Positions 53,962 to 61,044 of a stretch of 61,044 nucleotides of DNA are shown in pieces. The notes under the pieces were generated by a model. That model searched no databases. It was not told where the DNA came from and saw only the letters and a program-made list of their open reading frames with translations. Within the stretch, counting starts at the first letter, position 1; every line of letters begins with the position of its first letter. Position numbers and translations under genes: made by a program. The DNA is taken from IMG/VR virus record IMGVR_UViG_3300025133_000003, positions 1 through 61,044 of that record; one strand, 5' to 3'. This stretch comes from a virus (taxonomy: Duplodnaviria; Caudoviricetes).

Positions 53962-54875
53962 GCCACCAGCTCCAACTCCTCGAGGAACCACTTGCCCACA
54001 GCGGGGGTGATGGCCTCGCCCAGGAACCCCAGAGCTTCTCGCTTCGTGCTGGGGAGCATGTGCGAGTCCGGGGCACCCATGCCCTTGCGGTACTCACCGA
54101 TGTTGAGCATGCGGCTGCGGTTCCCGTCGACGACACGCCAACCGTCCACCGGGGTGATGGTCCCGATGGGCCGGTCGATGTCCCGAGCGATGAGGCCGCT
54201 TCCGCTGCTGTAGTACGGGGCCAGGAACTGATCCCAACCCTTCACCCGGCCGTCGACGATCTGGCCCATGACCCGCTTGCTGTAGACCTTGCTGCCCAGG
54301 TCGAACCACCCGTCCGAATCCCAGTCGACGACCGACCGGAACGGCACGTGATCCATCTTGGGCGTCTCCAACCACAGCGGAGCCTTGCTCCGGGTCAGGA
54401 CGATGAAGGTCCGGACCCGGTTCTGAGGCACCCCGAAGTCAGCGGAGTCCACGACGTGCGGGGCCACGGCGTAACCCAGGGCGTTGCAGCCGTGGACCCA
54501 CGTGTCCCAGAGGATCCAGTTGCGAACCTCCGGCACGTTCTCCAGCAGGGCGAACTGAGGCTGCACCACCTCCAGCGCTTCGATGACGTTCATCATCGTG
54601 AAGCGCAGCTTGTCGTGCAGCTTGCTCCCCTTGCCACGGGCCCTCGTGTACCCCTTGCACGACGGACTCGCGATGAGGCCGTCGACCTTCGGGATCTGGC
54701 TCATGTCCAGCAGCCGAATGTCCATGCACTCGGACACAGCGTTGGGGAAGTTCATCGCCCAAATCGCACAGGCCAGGGGCCAGTGGTTCACGCCGTACTT
54801 GACCTCCATGCCCGCCTGCCGTGCCGCAGCGGAGAAGAACCCCGCGCAGCAGAACAGGTCAGCGATGGTGGTCAC
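53958..54875 (-). CDS. C5 cytosine DNA methyltransferase
   Basis: DLFC.AG, SPSC, ENV, GVPQNRVR motifs. Confidence 0.9.
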   Translation of the reverse strand: MTTIADLFCCAGFFSAAARQAGMEVKYGVNHWPLACAIWAMNFPNAVSECMDIRLLDMSQIPKVDGLIASPSCKGYTRARGKGSKLHDKLRFTMMNVIEALEVVQPQFALLENVPEVRNWILWDTWVHGCNALGYAVAPHVVDSADFGVPQNRVRTFIVLTRSKAPLWLETPKMDHVPFRSVVDWDSDGWFDLGSKVYSKRVMGQIVDGRVKGWDQFLAPYYSSGSGLIARDIDRPIGTITPVDGWRVVDGNRSRMLNIGEYRKGMGAPDSHMLPSTKREALGFLGEAITPAVGKWFLEELELVA

Positions 54876-55105
54876 TCCCGCTCCAGCTGCTGGCGCAGCC
54901 AGACCAACTCGCCGCAGGCGTCGATGATCAGGTGGCCGCGCTGGCAGATCCGGTCCGCGGTGTCCCGCTCAGTCAGTGCCTCGGCCAGGGTGGGGACGGT
55001 GGCCCAGGCGGTCTGACCAAGGCGGCGGATGGTGTAGGGGGCGGTGGGGTGTTCGACGTCGGCATCGGCTCCCGCCCTCGTGGTTTTCAGTGTGTGTTTT
55101 TCCAT
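54872..55105 (-). CDS. Hypothetical protein
   Basis: ATG after E14. Confidence 0.6.
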   Translation of the reverse strand: MEKHTLKTTRAGADADVEHPTAPYTIRRLGQTAWATVPTLAEALTERDTADRICQRGHLIIDACGELVWLRQQLERE

Positions 55106-55217
55106 GTGGTGTCTCACTTCTCCGATCCCCATCAGTGGGGACCGGGAAGCTGATCGTTGAGCGATCAACTCCAGCCTGCCCAGGAACGTGAGCCCCTGGG
55201 CAGGGTTGCAGGTGATC
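55106..55217 (-). promoter_or_regulatory. Three-hairpin element E14
   Basis: Palindrome 55124-55143 (one mismatch), CCTGCCCAGG..CCTGGGCAGG. Confidence 0.85.
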
Positions 55218-55299
55218 GAACAGTTCCAGCTGGCCGATGGGCGGAAGGATCTCCACCCTGACCAACCGGCCGTCCGGCAGCGCGCCGTAGCTACCTAGG

Positions 55300-55497
55300 T
55301 CATCGCGGGTCCTCACACTCGGGGCAAACCCAGCAGCCCTTGACCATCCTCCACCCAAGGATCCGAGCCTCCTTGAGTCCCTCCTTCTTTGTGAGCCCGA
55401 TCTGCATGTCGATCATCTCGGTCTCACCGCAGGCGTCGCAGGTCGAGAGAACCTCAACCGTCGCCACCGTCCAGACCTTCGGCTTTCCGTCTTCCAT
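55300..55497 (-). CDS. Small Zn-ribbon protein
   Basis: CDACG..GW..WVCPEC; GAGGAG SD. Confidence 0.65.
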   Translation of the reverse strand: MEDGKPKVWTVATVEVLSTCDACGETEMIDMQIGLTKKEGLKEARILGWRMVKGCWVCPECEDPR

Positions 55498-55511
55498 CTT
55501 ACTTCTCCTCG

Positions 55512-56357
55512 CTATCGGGCACGGTTTCGCTCATACCAACGCTCCAGGTGAGCGGCCCGGTGCTGCCAGGGGTTGTGCCCGCTCTCGGGCCGGCACTCCC
55601 CCCAGTTGGTGCAATACCGAGCGTCCAGGTCCCAGGCCTGGGAGTCCATCGAGGCGACCCGGTCGTGCTGCTTGAGCGCGTCCAAGGCCTCCCCCTTGAC
55701 TCCGAACAGATGCACCGAGACGTGGTCCGGCAGGTACCCCATCAGCGCGGTCACGATGTGAACGATCTCGCGGGTCCGGTGCCGCCGGCAGACCGAGCCA
55801 ATGCCGATCAGCCGCGGCCACTCGCCCTCGAGCTCCTTGGTCATCATGTCCATACACGTCAGGTACTGGCTCATGCTCCAGCCCTGGATCACCGGCATCG
55901 GATCAGCGATGTGCCAACCCTCGTACCGGTAGTCCGCGGCCACTGCACGGCACTCGCCCAACAGCTGCACGGTCCGCTCGATGTTGGGCCACGGCGGCGA
56001 GGACTGCTCCGGTTCGCAGGGCACGTCCATCTGCGCCCACCAGGCCCAAGGGACCTGGCCAGCCAGCCAGACGTAGTCCTCCACGGTCCAGGGGAACTTC
56101 CCCCCGAGCGTGAAGCCCCCGCAGTCCAGAGCAACGTCGCCCCCGTAGGTCGCCGCAAGGACCCGGTCGTGGGAAACCCACCCCGGCTCTTTGCGGGTCT
56201 TGACCCACAAGCGGTTCGCACTGACCAGCCCCGGGTACCCCATGGTGCGGGCCCACAGGCTGAACTTCCCAGTCGGATCAGGAACCCCCGCCCGAATCAA
56301 CGGGCGGGGGTAGTCGGCAACGGTCGGAACGTACGGGCTGTGCCCGTAGCTCCTCAT
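55512..56357 (-). CDS. dpdA: DpdA-like (tRNA-guanine transglycosylase fold) DNA deazapurine-insertion enzyme
   Basis: ALDCGGF, MD.PCEP, PVIQG, IGIGSVCRR, HLFGVK, SMDSQAW. Confidence 0.75.
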   Translation of the reverse strand: MRSYGHSPYVPTVADYPRPLIRAGVPDPTGKFSLWARTMGYPGLVSANRLWVKTRKEPGWVSHDRVLAATYGGDVALDCGGFTLGGKFPWTVEDYVWLAGQVPWAWWAQMDVPCEPEQSSPPWPNIERTVQLLGECRAVAADYRYEGWHIADPMPVIQGWSMSQYLTCMDMMTKELEGEWPRLIGIGSVCRRHRTREIVHIVTALMGYLPDHVSVHLFGVKGEALDALKQHDRVASMDSQAWDLDARYCTNWGECRPESGHNPWQHRAAHLERWYERNRAR

Positions 56358-56389
56358 GTGCCCTGACTCGAGAGGAAGGCGCGGCTGCG

Positions 56390-56605
56390 TCACTCCTTGT
56401 CGAACGCGCCGAGCAGGATGACCCCGACCGGGACGGCTCCGTCGCCGGAGATCTTCGAGTCGACCCACTCCAGGCAGTCGTCATCCTCAGCCTCTTCATG
56501 GACCTTGGTGGCGAGCTTGACGGCCGCCACGGGGTCAGCCGCATCGACCTCCATCTCCCCGACCTCGACGCGCAAGCGCTTGAACGTGACGATCCACTTG
56601 GGCAT
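56390..56605 (-). CDS. Hypothetical protein
   Basis: GGAGG SD, coupled. Confidence 0.6.
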   Translation of the reverse strand: MPKWIVTFKRLRVEVGEMEVDAADPVAAVKLATKVHEEAEDDDCLEWVDSKISGDGAVPVGVILLGAFDKE

Positions 56606-57378
56606 CACTCACCTCCCTTGCGTTCGATGAGCTCCAGCACCTCGACGCCGTCGATCAGCTCAAGCGGATCGGTGTCGCCGTGCGCCCCCTGCCAGAGCCC
56701 CCACAGGATCTGCGGGAGGCGCCGCCAACCCATCACCCGAGCCATCTCGTCAACGTCGATGGTGACGACAGCGGACGCCTCGATCCGAACCACGATGGCG
56801 TCGGCCTCGGGGTTGCTCCACCCCTGCGACCAGAGCCGGTAGTCCATCTCGGCCACGTTGGCCTCAGCGCCGCACAGGGCGCACTCGGGACCGACGTTCT
56901 CGATGAAGTCGGACTCGCACGTGCAGCGCCAGACGCGCGGCGGAAGCCGCACCTGTCCGACCTGCTTGTCGCTGGGACCAGGACCGACCCCGCCGTCAAC
57001 GGGGCAGCCCCCGTTGCAGTACAGGACGTCCTGTCCCCCACTCTCGCGGGACGAGTCCAGGGCGATCCACCCGTCTCCACCCTCGTCGACGTGCGTCAGC
57101 TGCGTTCCGCAGAAGTAGCAGGGCATCTCAAGGCCGTAGGGGGCGTCGTCGTACTCGATCGTGATCGGGCCGTCGATGTCGCTGGGCTCCATGCCCAGGC
57201 CGTTCTCCGCAATGGAGTCGGCGAAGGCCGACAGCAGGGCGTGCTTCAGCTGCTCCTCGGTCGGGTTCTCACCCGCCCCGAGGTAGACGTTGGCGTTGCC
57301 CCTGCCCAGGTCGAACACCACCTCGACCGTTCGCGGTCGGGTGACGTCGCCCGTCAGGGACTTGTTCTTGTTCTTCAT
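56605..57378 (-). CDS. Multi-domain hypothetical protein with Zn fingers
   Basis: ATG after E15. Confidence 0.7.
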   Translation of the reverse strand: MKNKNKSLTGDVTRPRTVEVVFDLGRGNANVYLGAGENPTEEQLKHALLSAFADSIAENGLGMEPSDIDGPITIEYDDAPYGLEMPCYFCGTQLTHVDEGGDGWIALDSSRESGGQDVLYCNGGCPVDGGVGPGPSDKQVGQVRLPPRVWRCTCESDFIENVGPECALCGAEANVAEMDYRLWSQGWSNPEADAIVVRIEASAVVTIDVDEMARVMGWRRLPQILWGLWQGAHGDTDPLELIDGVEVLELIERKGGE

Positions 57379-57483
57379 GGTGTGTCTCTCATGTGGTGCT
57401 GATCCCCATTGGTGGGGACCAGGGAGCCAGCAAGCTCCAGCCTGCCCACGAGGAGTCCCCGTGAGCAGGGTTGCAGGTTGCTA
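57379..57483 (-). promoter_or_regulatory. Three-hairpin element E15
   Basis: Palindrome 57401-57420, GGAGC..GCTCC, CCTGC..GCAGG. Confidence 0.85.
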
Positions 57484-57511
57484 GCGGGTCAGAGCGCGGC
57501 GATGAGCTGGG

Positions 57512-58420
57512 TCATGACGGCTCCTTCGCGTTGAGCAGCGGCTCGAGGAAGCCGATCAGGGTCCAGCCCTCGGGCGCCCCGTACTCATCGGGGAAGTCGC
57601 AGCTGGACGAGCACAGGAAGTTCCCGTCCCAGCCCTGATCGATGGCGGCCTTGTGCCACTGGCGGTACGCCTCGGCGTCCTCCAGCCCGGGCGCGGTCGC
57701 ATCCAGGGAGAGGAAGGTCTGCCCGATCATGCCGGTGTCCGCGATCAGCAGCCGCCCGTCCACCAGGGTGGCGAACGTCTGGAGCAGCAGCCGCCCGTCC
57801 ACCAGGGTGGCGAACGGCCAGATGCAGACCTTCTCCTGCCACAGCTCGCGCTTCGCAGACGTCGGCCACGACGGCTCCTCCGGGAAGTAGTGGATCACGA
57901 TGGGCTGGTCGACGTTCTCGTCCCAGTTGGATTCCAGCGCCCGCTTCAGATCGATGCGGTGCGTGTAGTCCTCCTGGTTGATGTCGGCCCAGACCTGGAC
58001 CGTGAGGCCGTCGAACAGATCGACCACCAGGACCGGCGGGCCGTTGGTCATCCCAGCGGCGCCGTAGCCGTCGAGCGACAGGAACAGCTGACCGCCGATC
58101 ATCTCGACCTTCCCGGTGACTTGCATGTCGGTCGCCGAGTCCTCAAGGCCGAACTCCAGCCCCGCCCGCTCAAGGTGCTGCTCCAGCTCATCGACCCGGA
58201 CCTTGGCCTCCCAGCTGGAGGTCCCAACGCGGCCCAGGTAGACGAACGTGTCGTCAGCGTCCATCACGGTCAGCTCGTTGGCGGCGAGCGCCTCCGAGGC
58301 GACGTCAGCGGCCCAGTCGTCGAAGGCCTGGTCGGGACCGAAGGGGGCGTCACCGCCCTCTGCGATCTCGTCCCGGGCCGTGATGATCCGAGCCAACGCT
58401 TCGGTGAGGTGGCAGGTCAT
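57512..58420 (-). CDS. Multi-domain hypothetical protein with 39-bp internal duplication
   Basis: GGAGG SD; FATLVDGRLL repeated (57746-57816). Confidence 0.7.
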   Translation of the reverse strand: MTCHLTEALARIITARDEIAEGGDAPFGPDQAFDDWAADVASEALAANELTVMDADDTFVYLGRVGTSSWEAKVRVDELEQHLERAGLEFGLEDSATDMQVTGKVEMIGGQLFLSLDGYGAAGMTNGPPVLVVDLFDGLTVQVWADINQEDYTHRIDLKRALESNWDENVDQPIVIHYFPEEPSWPTSAKRELWQEKVCIWPFATLVDGRLLLQTFATLVDGRLLIADTGMIGQTFLSLDATAPGLEDAEAYRQWHKAAIDQGWDGNFLCSSSCDFPDEYGAPEGWTLIGFLEPLLNAKEPS

Positions 58421-58836
58421 CCCAACACCTCCCGGACCTTGCTCTCCAGCGCGGAGGGCAGCTCGAACCCCTCGGGGATCCGCTGCTCCAACATCTCCCA
58501 CACCTCCACGAAGAGGGGCATGGCGACATGGTGAGGCACGTAGTGCTTGCCGCGGATGGAGACGGACTCGGGGAACTTGCTGAAGTCCACGTCGAGATCG
58601 CCCTTGACGATGGCCAGGAGGTGGCCCGCCGGCAGCGTCGGCAGCATTTCCGCCAACGCGTACAGCTTGGAGGCCATCTCCGTGGTCTCGGGGTTGAACG
58701 GGATCCCGCCCCGATGGAGCAGGTTCCGCAGCATCCCCGGGCCGTGGCAGAGGATGAGCTTGATGCGGCCATCCTCCCGCGTCTCCTTCGGGGCATCGAC
58801 CCGATAGGTGACCGTGTAGGTCTTTTCATTGTTCAT
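58417..58836 (-). CDS. Hypothetical protein
   Basis: ATG after E16. Confidence 0.7.
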   Translation of the reverse strand: MNNEKTYTVTYRVDAPKETREDGRIKLILCHGPGMLRNLLHRGGIPFNPETTEMASKLYALAEMLPTLPAGHLLAIVKGDLDVDFSKFPESVSIRGKHYVPHHVAMPLFVEVWEMLEQRIPEGFELPSALESKVREVLG

Positions 58837-58946
58837 GGTGTGTTTCTCAATCGGTGGTGTGTACGGCTAGCCCCGCCGTGGGGTTGGAGCACACGCTCCC
58901 GGGTGCCCAGGACCCGGAGGCCCTGAGCACGACGGCAATGTGCGCC
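58837..58946 (-). promoter_or_regulatory. Three-hairpin element E16 (variant)
   Basis: AGCCCC..GGGGTT, GGAGC..GCTCC, hairpin 58903-58930 with cUCCGg loop on the minus strand. Confidence 0.75.
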
Positions 58947-59315
58947 TCACTCGTAGTGGATCGTCCCGGTGTCCTCGCGCAACTGCCCGAGGTGGAAGCG
59001 CCATCGCCAATGCGTGCCGTCCTCGCCGGTCATGCAGAGGTAACTGCCCTCCTCGACGAACGGCGCAAGCGCATTGAACAGACGGTCCTCGTCCCCCAGC
59101 TTCTCCCCCTCGAAGCGGAGGCCGATGAGGTCGCCGTTGTCGGAGTGAACCTCCGCCGACCAGCGCCAAGCCTCCAGAGCGCTCACGAGGTCGTGCGGGT
59201 GGCCCTCGGGGACCCAGGAGCCCCCGTTGAGGGCGGCGATGGCAGCGCCGGCCTCGTTGAACCGCTCTTTGCGGATCTTGAAGACGGTATCGCCTTGGCT
59301 CATGTAGTAACCCAT
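58947..59315 (-). CDS. Phage hypothetical protein (MGYY...LAPFVEEGSY..GEDG..WRW)
   Basis: ATG after E17. Confidence 0.75.
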   Translation of the reverse strand: MGYYMSQGDTVFKIRKERFNEAGAAIAALNGGSWVPEGHPHDLVSALEAWRWSAEVHSDNGDLIGLRFEGEKLGDEDRLFNALAPFVEEGSYLCMTGEDGTHWRWRFHLGQLREDTGTIHYE

Positions 59316-59406
59316 GGTGTGTCTCAATCGTGGTGCTGATCCCCATCAGTGGGGATCAGGGAGCGGACTGCTCCTCGGATCCCGGGACCGAAGCCCCGGG
59401 ATCTCA
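59316..59406 (-). promoter_or_regulatory. Three-hairpin element E17
   Basis: Palindrome 59338-59357; hairpin 59378-59403 with cUUCGg loop on the minus strand. Confidence 0.85.
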
Positions 59407-59569
59407 GCAGTGGTCCGTTCGTCCAGGCCGCACGGAGCGGACGATGTACTCCCCCAGGTTGGGGAAGTGCCATCGACCCTCGTACGACAAGCACGCCACG
59501 GCCGTACGGACGTAGACGTGCTGGTGGCCGTCGCGGGCGGTGGTCGCCTCGATGACGACCGGCACGCGA

Positions 59570-59953
59570 TCAGGGGGGCGGGGTGGTGGAGTCCGTCGCT
59601 GCATGGCTGTTGTCCTTGAACTTCCGCTTGCCGGGACGCGCTTCGGCGTAGGCGTTGAGGAACTCCCGCAGGGGGAGCTCCAGCCACTCCTCCAGCCCCT
59701 GTCCGATGGCGCTGATCTCCCAATGGAGACCCTCGGCCATGTCGGGCAGGCGCTCGAAGCACTTCCCGTCGTAGTCCCGCACGAAGAGGCCGCGTGCCTT
59801 GAGGGCGGCGAAGAACGAACGGCGCCAGGCGTTGTACGGGTTGAGCCCGCAGCCTGGACAGGTCGTGTCGTCACCCTCGTGCATCGCGCCCTTCTCAATG
59901 CAGGCGGTATTGCAGTACACCCCCTTGGGGGGTGTGCTTGTCTTGGTGTCCAT
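59570..59953 (-). CDS. Hypothetical Zn-finger protein
   Basis: AAGGAG SD within E18. Confidence 0.65.
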   Translation of the reverse strand: MDTKTSTPPKGVYCNTACIEKGAMHEGDDTTCPGCGLNPYNAWRRSFFAALKARGLFVRDYDGKCFERLPDMAEGLHWEISAIGQGLEEWLELPLREFLNAYAEARPGKRKFKDNSHAATDSTTPPP

Positions 59954-60060
59954 GGTGCTCCTTGGTCGTGGTGTATTCAAGCGCCGTATACGCTTGAGGC
60001 AGAGCCGATCGGCTCATGTGTACCGGCGAGGAGGAGCCCCGCCGGTACAACATCAATCGA
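59954..60060 (-). promoter_or_regulatory. Three-hairpin element E18 (sequence largely replaced, fold kept)
   Basis: Hairpins 59977-59997, 60002-60015, 60019-60049; CACCAC leader. Confidence 0.75.
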
Positions 60061-60288
60061 TCAGCGTTCGCTGACGGTGACGTCGAAGGACGTCACCTCG
60101 CCGTCCTCGTTCCGCAAGTGAACGGTGAAGACGTGGCACGGCTTGGATGGCCCGTCGTCGGTGTGGGTGTAGCCGCCCTGGGACGTCCACAGCTCCAGAT
60201 CGACGCTCTGAGCCAGCGTGGCCGCGTCGTCGCCGTCCATGTAGTCGCGCAACTGGTCGGACAGTTCACGGAGGGTCAGATCAGCCAT
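60061..60288 (-). CDS. Hypothetical protein
   Basis: GGAGG SD. Confidence 0.65.
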   Translation of the reverse strand: MADLTLRELSDQLRDYMDGDDAATLAQSVDLELWTSQGGYTHTDDGPSKPCHVFTVHLRNEDGEVTSFDVTVSER

Positions 60289-60793
60289 TGCCGTCCTCCC
60301 GCAGCAGGTAGAGGCGAGACCGCTTTGCCAGATTGGCCCGCAGATCCTCGTCCTGAACCACGTCCCGGACCAGCTGGTCGGTGACCTCCCACCGGAAGGC
60401 GGGATTGTCCTGGGCCTTGTACTCCTTGGCCTGGTGGACCAAGCGGTTCAACCGCAGCGCGGCCACGGACGCCGATGCGTATCGGAACCTGTACGAGATC
60501 CCGGTCTCGGTGTCCTTGAGCCGGTCGCGCTCGAGGATGAACCGGGGCCCATCCTCGGTCAGCTGATCCCAGTGCCATTCGCAGCCGTCCTCGTCCAGCC
60601 ACTTGTCCTTGCCGTCCGGAAACCTCTCGGTCATCTGATCGTCCCAGAACATCTTGGTCTCCCCCGCATACTCCCAGAGCAGCTCTCCTTCAGAGGTGCG
60701 GGAGAAGTTGGTAGGGGAGCACCCGCGGGTACTTTCAAGGGTCCCGAGGATCTCGGATCCGGTGGGGCTGTACAGGGTGACGTCGTTGCTCAT
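60281..60793 (-). CDS. Hypothetical two-domain protein
   Basis: AAGGAGG SD, ATGA overlap. Confidence 0.7.
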   Translation of the reverse strand: MSNDVTLYSPTGSEILGTLESTRGCSPTNFSRTSEGELLWEYAGETKMFWDDQMTERFPDGKDKWLDEDGCEWHWDQLTEDGPRFILERDRLKDTETGISYRFRYASASVAALRLNRLVHQAKEYKAQDNPAFRWEVTDQLVRDVVQDEDLRANLAKRSRLYLLREDGNG

Positions 60794-60990
60794 GCTGCCT
60801 CCTTCTCGCTCATGTGGCGGGGAGGGTACAGCTGAGCCAGCAGCGCAACCCAGTGCTGGGGGTCTTCACCCTCGCGCCACGAGCTCCGCATCAGCCGGCC
60901 GATGGCCAGGGAGATGCGGAACCGGTCGTCGAGGCCGTGGGTGGCGACGGCCGCCCACTGACCCCAGGTCAGTTTCCGTACTCGTTTCAT
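60790..60990 (-). CDS. Hypothetical protein
   Basis: ATG after ACACACCAC of E1. Confidence 0.6.
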   Translation of the reverse strand: MKRVRKLTWGQWAAVATHGLDDRFRISLAIGRLMRSSWREGEDPQHWVALLAQLYPPRHMSEKEAA

Positions 60991-61044
60991 GTGGTGTGTC
61001 TTTCGTGGTGCCGATCCCCATCAGTGGGGATCAGGAAGCCGATC

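Overview
The window is an apparently complete, GC-rich tailed-phage genome of about 61,004 bp. Bases 1-40 are repeated exactly at 61005-61044, consistent with a circular assembly. It is podovirus-like: it has a scaffold, major capsid, adaptor, nozzle and large ejection proteins, and no tape measure or sheath gene. Terminase and portal are on the minus strand, diverging from the plus-strand capsid/tail/ejection/lysis operon. It also carries a tyrosine recombinase, a serine recombinase, RusA, SSB, ERF, a C5 methyltransferase and a DpdA-like transglycosylase. No replicative polymerase, primase or helicase was recognised. The most striking feature is a ~15 kb arc across the junction (53.5 kb to 61 kb, then 1 to 7.4 kb). 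Here ~30 small minus-strand genes are arranged in 1-4 gene cassettes separated by ~18 copies of a ~100-nt three-hairpin element ending in CACCAC..ACACACC(AC)ATG. The copies keep the fold while the sequence changes, and their G-U pairs and UNCG/GNRA loops favour the mRNA strand. They often abut the previous gene's stop codon. Most carry a 20-bp palindrome, GATCCCCA-N4-TGGGGATC, which also occurs alone inside distant genes. All protein calls are from motif recognition by eye; no database searches were run.
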